From an uncultured Chloroflexia bacterium (GTDB lineage Bacteria > Chloroflexota > Limnocylindria > Limnocylindrales > CSP1-4), in NCBI GenBank assembly GCA_963712745.1, contig CAVQJC010000002.1:1-64000 (forward strand): DNA of 64,000 bases, read 5' to 3'. The notes beneath the pieces were generated by a model. The model made no database searches. It saw nothing but the letters and a program-made list of their open reading frames with translations, and had not been told where the DNA came from. This document shows positions 54,819-63,883 of the stretch, one piece after another (the stretch's first letter is position 1; each line of letters opens with the position of its first letter). The translations under genes were made by a program, and so were the position numbers.

Positions 54819-55226
54819 CTATCGGTGTGTAAGCCGCTCCACGGGCTGGCCGGTGATGTCTGCGATGAGCTCGAAGTCCTTGTCAAGATGCAGGACCGTC
54901 AGTCGTGCCACTTCAGCGGTCGCGGCGATGAGCAGGTCAGGGATGGATGGAGCGCGGTGTTGACCACGGTCGGCGAGCGCGGTCTGGACCCGGACAGCTC
55001 GATCCTCGATCACCGGCGTGAGGTACTCAGTAGGCATCGTCGCCAGCGGCGGCCGCGCGAACCCCGACCGCAGGTCGTCCGCAGTGCGAGCGGAGAACCC
55101 GACCTCAAGACGCGTGACGGTGCTGACCCGCACCAGCCCGCGCTGGATCCTTGACGCCCATTCGCCTGCATCGGGACTCTGAGCGAGGCGGACAAGCGCG
55201 GACTTGTCGATCAGCCAGACGGTCAC
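54819..55226 (-). CDS. vapC: VapC PIN-domain toxin
   Basis: [36 protein letters not shown]; GTGA overlap with the antitoxin gene. Confidence 0.93.
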   Translation of the reverse strand: MTVWLIDKSALVRLAQSPDAGEWASRIQRGLVRVSTVTRLEVGFSARTADDLRSGFARPPLATMPTEYLTPVIEDRAVRVQTALADRGQHRAPSIPDLLIAATAEVARLTVLHLDKDFELIADITGQPVERLTHR

Positions 55227-55444
55227 GACCAAGCATCGTCCATGACGTCGACATCGGCGAGGTCCACGAACGACTCCGCAAAGCGGGCGAGGTCGTCGAC
55301 GGTCACTTCGGCGATGGCGCCGTTCTTCTCGCGTGCGAGCGTTCGCCGGAGGTACTCGGTACGCGACAGGCCTGCTCGATTTGCCCTGGCGTCAATCGCT
55401 GCGAGGACGTCGTCGGGTATGTCACGGATCAGGATGTCGGCCAT
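55223..55444 (-). CDS. vapB: VapB/FitA-like RHH antitoxin
   Basis: [21 protein letters not shown]...[10 protein letters not shown]; operator TGATAT-N6-ATATCA at 55466-55483. Confidence 0.9.
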   Translation of the reverse strand: MADILIRDIPDDVLAAIDARANRAGLSRTEYLRRTLAREKNGAIAEVTVDDLARFAESFVDLADVDVMDDAWS

Positions 55445-55576
55445 CGGTGCGCTCCAGGAGGCAAGTGATATACAACGATATCATGCCCTGGCAAGACGAT
55501 ACGGAATGCCTTGACAAGACAGTACCGGCGGGAATCTGGGCCGGGCGCGGTGAACCAGGCCTGCTGGCGGGATACC

Positions 55577-55614
55577 GGCGCACCCGGCGAGACTCGAATT
55601 CACGACCATCTGGT
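55577..55614 (-). repeat. degenerate 3' half of tRNA-Arg (att-like remnant)
   Basis: ACCAGATGGTCGTGAATTCGAGTCTCGCCGGGTGCGCC: T-loop TTCGAGT and acceptor strand CGGGTGC-GCC typical of tRNA-Arg. Confidence 0.65.
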
Positions 55615-55784
55615 CGGTGGTGGCGCCTCATCACAGCTGAGCCCCGTGCCGGGCCCGATCGAGCTCGACCAGGAGGTCGATCTCGCCGCGTGACCCTTGT
55701 CAGCCGCTCCAGACAGCGTCGCACCTCTTGCCCGATCCCCAGACCGAAGGCGATATGACGGACACCACGGGCTCCTCCTCGGGG

Positions 55785-56213
55785 TCAGGCGGCTATCGGA
55801 TTCCGCCAGCGGACCTCGGTGAACCGGGCGAAGTCCGTATCGGCCGAGCAGATCTCCAGGCCGTGCTCGATGGCGAGCGCGGCAAGATGGGCGTCGGGGA
55901 CCAGATTCCCGGAGATCCGATAGCGATCGAGGAGTCCCGCGAGCACGTCAGCGTGTCGTGCCGTCGCGGCTGGCGTCCAGACCAGGTCGACGCCGAGCCA
56001 ATCGTGGACGAAGCGCCAGGCATCGGCCGGTCTGAGGGGCTGAGCCGTCGCCCGCGGATGCGTGGTGATGCGGAGGAATGCGGCCAGTGACTCCCACGGG
56101 AGGCCGACCCGTCGATCGCCATTCAGTTGATCGGTCAGCCAGTCCGAGGCCTTGCCATGTTCGGGCAGCGTCGCGTCGACCGCGTAGATGAGCAGGTTGG
56201 CATCGATCAGCAT
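55785..56213 (-). CDS. vapC: VapC PIN-domain toxin
   Basis: MLIDANLLIYAVD, FLRITTHPR, GNLVPDAHLAALAIEHG, SADTDFARF..VRW.NP. Confidence 0.93.
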   Translation of the reverse strand: MLIDANLLIYAVDATLPEHGKASDWLTDQLNGDRRVGLPWESLAAFLRITTHPRATAQPLRPADAWRFVHDWLGVDLVWTPAATARHADVLAGLLDRYRISGNLVPDAHLAALAIEHGLEICSADTDFARFTEVRWRNPIAA

Positions 56214-56229
56214 GAGCGATGGGTTCGCG

Positions 56230-56460
56230 TCAGCGAGCCGACGGCCCGTCGAGCCGCTCCAGCGCCTCCGCGACATTCGACACGTCGACCCTCAGGCCGA
56301 TCCTTGCGGTGCGTTGGCGAAATGGCGCGCGCCTGGGTTTCTGGCTCAGGCCCGCCCGGGCCAGCTGATTGACGGCCTCGCTCAGGCCCAGGCCACGCTC
56401 ATGCCGCAGGCGCTCGATCGCGACCGCCACGTCATCGTCGAGGTTCACCGTCGTTCGCAT
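56230..56460 (-). CDS. vapB: CopG/VapB RHH antitoxin
   Basis: MRTTVNLDDDV..AIE.LR..RGLGLSEAVNQLAR; leaderless after TACGAT; palindrome gcatcatgatgc at 56473-56484. Confidence 0.9.
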   Translation of the reverse strand: MRTTVNLDDDVAVAIERLRHERGLGLSEAVNQLARAGLSQKPRRAPFRQRTARIGLRVDVSNVAEALERLDGPSAR

Positions 56461-56596
56461 GCGCCAATCGTAGCATCATGATGCGCCGACATCGATGCAT
56501 GCGTGCCGGCTCTGAGACCGCACGGGTCGTGCGCGTGCGGTTCCCTGCGATCTGAAGGGGGAGTGGGCCCCCATGGCCTCCCTGCGGCGTCATAGA

Positions 56597-56646
56597 AGCA
56601 GGTCCTCGGTCCAGATCCGAGTATCGGTCCCACTCCCCGAACGTGA
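56597..56646 (+). repeat. tRNA-Thr 3'-half-derived att-like repeat (copy B)
   Basis: agcaggtcctcggtccagatccgagtatcggtccca+ctccccgaacgtga. Confidence 0.8.
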
Positions 56647-56786
56647 CCCCGCACCGGTGACGCAGGCGCGTCGTTCTTGACCAGCGTGAGATCCATCGGG
56701 ATGGGCGGCGGACCGCGGTTGACAGTGGCCGGCGGAGACGCCGGGACGGCGGTCGACGGTGGCGAAACCTTCGGCCCCTGCTCGCG

Positions 56787-57452
56787 TCATCGGTCCTCCC
56801 CCGACCGGGACGCGGCGCGGTCGAGCCCGTCGATGATGAGGTCGAGGCCGAAGTCGAACGAGGCCCCGAACGAGTAGCTACCGCGCATGACCCAGTCGGT
56901 CGTGAAGGCGGATAGCGCCGGATAGGCGGCGAAGGTCTCATCGACGAGGTCCTCCGCGAGCTCGACGATCTCCTCCCCTCCGCCGCCGGGCAGGTTCGCC
57001 TCCTCCAGGGCGAAGCCGTAGACGAAGCTGTCGAGGGTTGCGTACGCATGGGCGGTCAGCTCCCAGGACAGGCCGCCACGGCGGAGTGTCGCGATGACGG
57101 CATCGTGGTGGCGCAGCATTGCCGGGCCTGGCGTCGGGCGCGACTCCATCAGCGGAGGCGCCCAGGGATGTCGGCGCAGGACCTCGCGTGCCGATACGCA
57201 TCGCTCGCGGATGGCCGCTCGCCAGTCGAGCTCGCCGTCCGGTAACGCGATCTCATCGAAGACCCGATCGACCATGCCGTCGATGATCCCGTCCTTCGAG
57301 GGGACATGGTGGTAGATGGTCATGGGTCTGACGCCCAGGGCCTCGGCCAGGCGACGGATCGTGAATCGCTCGATGCCGATGTCGTCAGCCAACGCCACAG
57401 CCCCATCGAGGACGCGATCGGGTGTGAGGGAAGGCCTCGTGGCGGTGTCCAT
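56787..57452 (-). CDS. TetR family regulator with TetR_C domain
   Basis: FTIRRLAEALGVRPMTIYHHVPSKD, LRRHPWA, FVYGFALEE, FDFGLDLIIDGL. Confidence 0.92.
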   Translation of the reverse strand: MDTATRPSLTPDRVLDGAVALADDIGIERFTIRRLAEALGVRPMTIYHHVPSKDGIIDGMVDRVFDEIALPDGELDWRAAIRERCVSAREVLRRHPWAPPLMESRPTPGPAMLRHHDAVIATLRRGGLSWELTAHAYATLDSFVYGFALEEANLPGGGGEEIVELAEDLVDETFAAYPALSAFTTDWVMRGSYSFGASFDFGLDLIIDGLDRAASRSGEDR

Positions 57453-57471
57453 CGATCTCCTCTTGACTGGG

Positions 57472-57518
57472 TCGTACTTAGTACGATACCATGACCGCCA
57501 AGAGCCGTACTTAGTACG
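57472..57518. promoter_or_regulatory. two TetR operator palindromes CGTAC-TTA-GTACG in the divergent promoter
   Basis: Copies at 57472-57486 and 57506-57518, overlapping TTGACT(57463)-N18-TACCAT. Confidence 0.75.
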
Positions 57519-57542
57519 AATCAGACGACGAAGGAGTTCGAG

Positions 57543-58586
57543 ATGCAGACGACGACCCGCGACGAGGCGGTCGCGACAGGGATGGCGAATGAGCAAGCGG
57601 CGACAGCGACGATGCGTGCGATCGTCCAGCGAGCGTACGGCTCAGCGGAGACGCTCGAGCTTGGCGACATCGCGCGACCGACGGTCGCTGCCGACGAGGT
57701 GCTCATCGAGGTCCACGCCGCTGGCGTCGACCGCGGCGTCTGGCACCTCATGACCGGGATGCCGTATCTCGTCCGACTGATGGGCTACGGCCTGCGTCGA
57801 CCGGCGCAGCCGGTGCCGGGGGCGGACGTCGCCGGGCGCGTCGTAGCGATCGGCGATGATGTGGAGCGCTTCGGCGTGGGCGACGAGGTCTTCGGCATCG
57901 CCGACGGCTCGTTCGCGGAGTTCGCGGTCGCGAAGGAGCACAAGCTCGCCCACAAGCCTGCCTCGATCACGCACGAGCAGGCGGCAGTCGCCTCGATCTC
58001 CGGTATCACCGCGCTCCAGGCATTGGCCGACATCGGCAAGGTCGAGGCGGGCCAGCACGTGCTCGTGATCGGGGCTTCCGGGGGCGTCGGCAACTACGCG
58101 GTCCAGATCGCGAAGGCCATCGGCGCGTACGTCACCGGCGTCGCGAGCACCGCCAAGCTCGAGCTCGTTCGGTCACTCGGGGCCGACGACGTCATCGACT
58201 ACACGGCCGACGACTACCTCGACGGATCCCGGCGCTTCGACCTCATCATCGATATCGGCGGCCGCAACCCGCTGCGACGTCTGCGCAAGGCGCTGACGTC
58301 TGCGGGCACGCTCGTCATCGTCGGCGGCGAGGGCGGGGATCGGCTCACGGGCGGCATGGCCCGCCAGATCGGCGCGCTGCTCTGGTCACCGTTCGTATCA
58401 CAGCGGCTGACGATGTTCATCAGCACGGAGGACCACCGCTTCATCGACCGGCTCGCCGAGTTCATCGAGCGGGGAGAGGTCACCCCACCCGTGGGTGCGC
58501 GCTACGCGCTGGAGGATGCGCCAGCGGCTATCGCGGATCTGGCGGCCGGACGCGCCGAGGGCAAGTCGGTCATCCTCGTCCGCTAG
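57543..58586 (+). CDS. zinc-independent MDR oxidoreductase (NADPH:quinone reductase-like)
   Basis: EVLIEVHAAG, PGADVAG.V..G..V..F.VGDEV, GASGGVG, LGADDVIDY, GKSVI. Confidence 0.92.
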   Translation: MQTTTRDEAVATGMANEQAATATMRAIVQRAYGSAETLELGDIARPTVAADEVLIEVHAAGVDRGVWHLMTGMPYLVRLMGYGLRRPAQPVPGADVAGRVVAIGDDVERFGVGDEVFGIADGSFAEFAVAKEHKLAHKPASITHEQAAVASISGITALQALADIGKVEAGQHVLVIGASGGVGNYAVQIAKAIGAYVTGVASTAKLELVRSLGADDVIDYTADDYLDGSRRFDLIIDIGGRNPLRRLRKALTSAGTLVIVGGEGGDRLTGGMARQIGALLWSPFVSQRLTMFISTEDHRFIDRLAEFIERGEVTPPVGARYALEDAPAAIADLAAGRAEGKSVILVR

Positions 58587-58726
58587 GATCGCCCGGCAGG
58601 CGGCTGCGCGGGCTCCGAGGCTGGCCGAGGAGTCCGTCCTCGCTGATGAAGGCACCAAGCATCGTGCCGAGCGCTTCTGAGGCGCTTGACTTACATCACC
58701 GACTCGACGAGTGATATCATCTGACC

Positions 58727-58969
58727 ATGATCCGTACGCAAGTGTCCCTTACCCCAGAGCAGATGCGACGGCTCCGTCAGGAGGCACGCCGCCGGCACGT
58801 CTCCCTCGCAGCCGTCGTGCGCGATGCCGTCGATCGTGTCGTGCCCGACGAGGATGAGCTACGGCACGATCGTGTCGATGCGCTCCTGAGCGTGGCCGGG
58901 TCTGTGGCCTCGGGTAGCGGCACGGTCGCGAGAGACCATGACGAGGTGCTGGCGGAAGGTCGCTGGTGA
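58727..58969 (+). CDS. vapB: CopG-type RHH antitoxin
   Basis: MIRTQVSLT.EQ...LR.EA.RR.VSLA.VVR.AVD, ARDHDE; leaderless after TATCAT; GTGA overlap with the toxin gene. Confidence 0.88.
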   Translation: MIRTQVSLTPEQMRRLRQEARRRHVSLAAVVRDAVDRVVPDEDELRHDRVDALLSVAGSVASGSGTVARDHDEVLAEGRW

Positions 58970-59358
58970 CCCTGTTCGTGGACACCAGCGGGATCATCGC
59001 CTTGGTCGACCGCGATGATGCAGCACATACTGGGGCCGTAGCGGCGTTTTCCATGGGCCACGACGAGCCGCTCGTGACACATGCCTACGTAGTCGTCGAG
59101 ACCCTTGCCGTCGCTCGACGGCGCTTCGGCGCCGCCGTCGCTGCCGACCTGGTCGATCGCGTCCTGCCCGCCCTCGTGGTGCATGAGGTGGACTCGGAGC
59201 TCCATGCCTCGGCGCTCGTGGCCTTCCGCGAGACCATCGAGTCTTCGGTCTCACTCGTAGACCGGACGAGTTTCGCGTTCATGCGTCGCGAGGCTATCGG
59301 CCGCGCCATCGCGCTCGACGTGGACTTCAGGACAGCGGGGTTCGAGACGGTCCCCTGA
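58966..59358 (+). CDS. vapC: VapC PIN-domain toxin
   Basis: LFVDTSGIIAL, VVVET, SLVDRTSF..M, ALD.DF...GF. Confidence 0.92.
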   Translation: MTLFVDTSGIIALVDRDDAAHTGAVAAFSMGHDEPLVTHAYVVVETLAVARRRFGAAVAADLVDRVLPALVVHEVDSELHASALVAFRETIESSVSLVDRTSFAFMRREAIGRAIALDVDFRTAGFETVP

Positions 59359-59379
59359 CGTCCGCGCGGCGTACTTTGG

Positions 59380-59440
59380 GATCCGCAAACGGCGGGTCCT
59401 CGGGGCAGATCCGAGCGTCGGCTCCACACCCCGAGCGTGA
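59380..59440 (+). repeat. tRNA-Thr 3'-half-derived att-like repeat (copy C)
   Basis: gatccgcaaacggcgggtcctcggggcagatccgagcgtcggctcca+caccccgagcgtga. Confidence 0.8.
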
Positions 59441-59684
59441 ACTGGCCCCGTTTCGGGCTACCGGCTGCCTGGAACAGCATGCCCTGACCTCCGCGCTGAC
59501 CCCTGGCTACTCCGTCAACCTTGCACGAAGACCGCCACCGTCGGTCCGTCTGGCGAGCACCTGGCCGCGTTCTCGACAAGGTCGGTGGCCATGCGCGCGA
59601 CGCTGTCGCCGGCATGCCCCGCTTGACCAGGAAGAGCGAGAGGGTCGAGGGGAGTGACCGGCCTCGATATCCCGGTCGAAGCCG

Positions 59685-60743
59685 TCAGACCCAGCCGATG
59701 CGGCGTAGGACTGCGAGCACGACCGCCGCGACCACGACCGTGATGATGGTGATGACCCAGAAACCGGTGCCCTCTCGGCCATCGAGCGCCGATGACGCCT
59801 CGCTCATCCCGAACAGACCGGCCACGGCGGCGATCCCGGCGAGCACCACGGTCGCGCCGGTCAGCCGCTTCATGATGACAGTGAGGTTGTTGTTGACCGT
59901 TGAGAGGTACAGCTCGATGGTGGCGGCGGTCAACTCTCGGAAGCTGTCGAACTCGTCGGTCAGGCGGATGAGGTGGTCGTAGATGTCGCGGAAGTACAGG
60001 ACCTGGGGCTCGCGGATCAGCTCGTGCTCACGGCTGGTGAGCTGGTTGAAGACCTCGCGGCCAGGAGCCACCACGTGTCGAATCTTGATGAGCTCACGCT
60101 TCATCTCCAGGACTTTCTGGAGCGCCTCACGGTCGGGACGGTCAAGGATGCGATCCTCGAGGGCATCGATCTCATCAGCCAACTGGTCGAAGACCGGGAA
60201 GTAGCCATCCACGACGGCATCGCTTAGGGCCCATAGAAGCGCGTCTGTCCCGCGGCTCATGACCGCCCCCGGGCCAGCCCGCAACTGGTGTGCAGCACGC
60301 GGGTCCCACGTGCCCGGGTGGACCGACATAAGGAACCGACGCCCGATGACGAAGTCGACCTCGTGGAGCCTGGTGGCATCGTCGCGCGTCAGGGCGAAGA
60401 GGGCCATGTGGAGGACGTCATCCGCAGCTTCCAGCTTGGCGCGCCCATCGGTCTCGACGATGTCCTCGATGACCAGTGGATGAACACCCAGCTCGCGCGA
60501 GACCGCGCCCACCAGCTCCGCCGACGGGTCAGTCAGGTCGATCCAGACGGTGGTGTCCGGGTCGCCCAGGAATCCCGCGAGGTCGTCGAGCGAGGACGAC
60601 TCCACCACGGCGCGACCTTTGGCCCGGACGATGGACACGGTGCCGGACACCCGCCCCCGGGCGCCCCCGTGGCGGCCGTCACGGCCGCCTTCGCTGGGAT
60701 CGTCCGGCGCTGCCGGGATGACGCCCACGTCTGTCTGCTCCAA
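59685..60743 (-). CDS. corA: CorA family divalent cation transporter
   Basis: WIDLTDP, HPLVIEDI, VDGYFP, YFRDIYDHL, MKRLT, GLFGMS (GMN variant), two C-terminal TMs. Start uncertain. Confidence 0.9.
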   Translation of the reverse strand: MEQTDVGVIPAAPDDPSEGGRDGRHGGARGRVSGTVSIVRAKGRAVVESSSLDDLAGFLGDPDTTVWIDLTDPSAELVGAVSRELGVHPLVIEDIVETDGRAKLEAADDVLHMALFALTRDDATRLHEVDFVIGRRFLMSVHPGTWDPRAAHQLRAGPGAVMSRGTDALLWALSDAVVDGYFPVFDQLADEIDALEDRILDRPDREALQKVLEMKRELIKIRHVVAPGREVFNQLTSREHELIREPQVLYFRDIYDHLIRLTDEFDSFRELTAATIELYLSTVNNNLTVIMKRLTGATVVLAGIAAVAGLFGMSEASSALDGREGTGFWVITIITVVVAAVVLAVLRRIGWV

Positions 60744-60970
60744 AGCTGAACCTCCGTGGTCGCCAGCTTGCCGCGTCGTGCTGCCCAGGCGTGGCCTCGA
60801 GCGACCCTGCCGGTCACGGCGATGAGCCCTCGATCGTCTCTACCGACAGTATCGCACCGCAGGCTGGAGCTGACGGCCGGCGTCGTTGCCTGACAGGGTT
60901 TGCGTCCAGTCCCGTAGAGTCGCGGCAAAGCGGCCTGACCGGAGGCCGTGAGGCATCACTTGAGTGTGCG

Positions 60971-63460
60971 ATGAACGATGATCTCGAACGCCGCGACCTC
61001 TCGCCATCGAGTGCTGGGCGGAGGTCGGCTCCCGGCGCGCCCGGCATCGCACCGACCTGGTCGAGCAGCGCCAAGGACGCGGTCGGGACCTCGCACTTCG
61101 CGAGTCGCGTATGGTTCACCGTCGGCCGGGGCATCCTCAACGAGATCTACTGGCCCCGCGTCGATCGTCCCCAGGTGCGCGACCTCGGCTTCATCGTGGC
61201 CGACGGCGACGGCTTCTGGAGCGAGGTGAAGCGACGCGACGTGGAGTCCGAGGTCCACTCCGTCAGGCCTGGGATCCCGGCGATCGTGGTCGTCCATCGG
61301 CACGCCCGCTACGTGCTGACGCTGCGCATCTGTGCGGATGATCACGCCGATGTCGTCCGGATCGAGGCCAGGCTCGAGGACACGCGCGACGCAGCAGATC
61401 CAACCCGGAGTTCCGCTCCGCTCCGGCTCTATGCGCTGCTGGCACCGCATCTCGGGTTGAGCGGCTGGCACAACCGAGCCTGGACCGGAATGTACAAGGG
61501 CCGTCCCGTGCTCTGCGCCCAGTCCGGTACCACCGCGCTCGCGCTCGCTAGCGATCCTCCTGCCACACGCCAGAGCGTGGGCTTCGTCGGCACGTCGGAC
61601 GGGTGGCAGGACTTCGCGGCCAACGGTCGCATGGCATGGGCGTATGACACTGCGGGCTCGGGCAACGTCGCCGGCATCATCGAGATCGGCCCCGGAGAGG
61701 ACGCGATCCAGCTGGCCTTGGGCTTCGGCGACCATCCGGAGGCGGCGGCGCTCCAGGTTTCGGCTGCGCTCATCGGTCACTTCCACGTGGCCTGGGATGA
61801 GTACGCCGCGAACTGGCAGAAGTTCCAGCGCACCTGCGCACCCCCACCGGGTGAACTCGGCGACGATCTGACTGCCCTGTACCTCGACTCGGCGGCCGTG
61901 CTGCGCACTCACCAGGATCGTGCCTCGCCCGGGGCGACCATCGCCAGCCTGTCTATCCCCTGGGGCAACGCCCGGAACGACCTGGCTGGCTATCACCTGG
62001 TCTGGTCGCGGGACCTCGTCGAATCGGCAGGCGCACTCATCGCGCTCGGGGCCCGTGCCTCAGCACAGCGGACGCTCGCGTACCTCATCGCGACGCAAGA
62101 GCCTGACGGCCACTGGTACCAGAACCAGTGGGTCGACGGCGTCGCCTACTGGAGTGGCATCCAGCTCGATGAGGCAGCCTATCCCATCCTGCTGGCCGGA
62201 GCGTTGCGGCAGGCCGGCGCCGCCCACATGCACGGGCGGCATGAGGAGGCGGCCGACTTCGAGCACCTCGTCAGTGACCGCGCCCTGGGACGGATGATCA
62301 AAGCGGCGGCAGGCTTCATCGCGCGGACGGGGCCGCTGACCCAGCAGGACCGCTGGGAGGAGAACGCGGGGCTAACGACATCCACGCTCGCACCAGTCGT
62401 CGCCGCGCTCGTCGTCGCTGGCGACCACCTGGCCGAGCCGGCCGCGACGTATTGCCGTGAGCTGGCCGATGACTGGAACGCGTCGATCGAGGAATGGACG
62501 TACGTGGAAGGCTCGCGACTGGCACGCGAGCATGGCGTGGCCGGACATTACGTGCGCATCGCTTCTCCGGACGTCCTCGCCGGCGCGCCGGTCTCGACGC
62601 CCGTACCGGTGCGCAACCGAACTGCCGGGGAATCGGAGATCGCCGGCGACGAGATGGTGGGAACGGACTTCCTCGCCCTCGTACGCTTCGGCCTGCGCCA
62701 GCCCGATGACCCGAGGATCCTCTCGACGCTCGAGGTGACTGATGCGCTCCTGCGCACAGACACCCCGAATGGGCCGGTTTGGCACCGCTACAGCGGCGAC
62801 GGATATGGTGAACACGCAGACGGCAGGCCCTTCGATGGGACGGGGATCGGGCGCGGTTGGCCGTTGCTGGTCGGGGAGCGCGGCCACTACGAGCTTGAGG
62901 CGGGTCGTGACCCTCGCCCCTACCTGGAGACGATGCGCCGGTTCGCATCGGGGGGCGGCATGCTGCCCGAACAGGTCTGGGACGCGCCCGCCATCAGTGA
63001 GCGCGGCCTCAGGCTCGGGCAGCCGAGCGGTTCCGCGATGCCGCTGGCGTGGGCTCACGCGGAGTACGTGAAGCTCGCCCGTTCTCTGGCCCTGGGCCAC
63101 GCGATCGATCGCCCCGAGGCAGCCTGGCAGCGCTATCAAGGCAAGCGTCCCGTCGCGACGAGGGCGACCTGGCGCTTCGCGGCTCCGCGGCCATCGATGG
63201 TGGCCGGACGGCTCCTTCGCTTCGAGTTGCTCGCTGCGTGCCGAGTCCACTACTCGTTCGACGGGTGGCGCACGAGCCTTGATGTGGATGCCCGTGACAC
63301 AGGCCTCGGGGTGTGGGTGGCCGACGTCCCCGGATCGGAGGATCTTGCCGCCGGACAGGCGGTGGAAGCCACGTTCTACTGGCCGGACGTCGATCGCTGG
63401 GAGGGCCGGAACTTCCGAGTGGCGATCGCCCCCGATGGGGCGGTGATGGCACCCTACTGA
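60971..63460 (+). CDS. GH15 glucoamylase/glucodextranase with a C-terminal CBM-like domain
   Basis: APGAPGI.PTWSSSAKD, IASLSIPWG, YHLVWSRDL, QLDE, QDRWEE, GRGWPLL.GERGHY, MLPEQVWD, PLAWAHAEY. Confidence 0.93.
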   Translation: MNDDLERRDLSPSSAGRRSAPGAPGIAPTWSSSAKDAVGTSHFASRVWFTVGRGILNEIYWPRVDRPQVRDLGFIVADGDGFWSEVKRRDVESEVHSVRPGIPAIVVVHRHARYVLTLRICADDHADVVRIEARLEDTRDAADPTRSSAPLRLYALLAPHLGLSGWHNRAWTGMYKGRPVLCAQSGTTALALASDPPATRQSVGFVGTSDGWQDFAANGRMAWAYDTAGSGNVAGIIEIGPGEDAIQLALGFGDHPEAAALQVSAALIGHFHVAWDEYAANWQKFQRTCAPPPGELGDDLTALYLDSAAVLRTHQDRASPGATIASLSIPWGNARNDLAGYHLVWSRDLVESAGALIALGARASAQRTLAYLIATQEPDGHWYQNQWVDGVAYWSGIQLDEAAYPILLAGALRQAGAAHMHGRHEEAADFEHLVSDRALGRMIKAAAGFIARTGPLTQQDRWEENAGLTTSTLAPVVAALVVAGDHLAEPAATYCRELADDWNASIEEWTYVEGSRLAREHGVAGHYVRIASPDVLAGAPVSTPVPVRNRTAGESEIAGDEMVGTDFLALVRFGLRQPDDPRILSTLEVTDALLRTDTPNGPVWHRYSGDGYGEHADGRPFDGTGIGRGWPLLVGERGHYELEAGRDPRPYLETMRRFASGGGMLPEQVWDAPAISERGLRLGQPSGSAMPLAWAHAEYVKLARSLALGHAIDRPEAAWQRYQGKRPVATRATWRFAAPRPSMVAGRLLRFELLAACRVHYSFDGWRTSLDVDARDTGLGVWVADVPGSEDLAAGQAVEATFYWPDVDRWEGRNFRVAIAPDGAVMAPY

Positions 63461-63658
63461 ACCTCGTCCTCCCCTGGTTGCACCGGCACGGCTCACGCGG
63501 CTCGCGAGCCACGGTCCGGCGTGGGAGGGTCAGAAAGGCTACCTCGTCCACCAGACGATGTATGACGAGGCGATGGCCTGGCATCGGCCGTGTGCACAGC
63601 TCGCGGCTTGACGGGGGATCTTGGACCTGGGGTGTCTGGCGGGAGAGGGCGAGACAGG

Positions 63659-63847
63659 CTACGCGGTTGCGTGGGTGCTGACGCGACCCTCGGTGAGGTC
63701 CCACATGAGGACGCGCCCATCGTCGCCGAGCGTATCCTGCGCGTCGAGATGGGCGAGCACGGTCTCGAGGTCGCTGAACGCCTTGGTCACCGTGTCGAAC
63801 TCGACGACGGCCCGAGCTTCCGCGGGCCGACCCTGGAGGACCTGCAC
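63659..63847 (-). pseudogene. short ORF or gene fragment of unknown function
   Basis: Coding-like codon usage but no clear start or family. Confidence 0.3.
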
Positions 63848-63883
63848 CGAGGACCTGCTGGGCAGGGTGTGAGTAGGATCGCG

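Noticed and set aside
54318-59440. tRNA-like repeats as functional tRNA genes or CRISPR repeats
   Set aside because: Only 3' halves with damaged T-loops are present, with no D-arm or 5' acceptor strand. Spacing is 0.3-2.8 kb and contains whole genes.
53640-59700. Prophage, IS or classical integron explanation for the TA array
   Set aside because: No integrase, transposase, phage genes, terminal inverted repeats or attC-type (RYYYAAC...GTTRRRY) sites were recognised.
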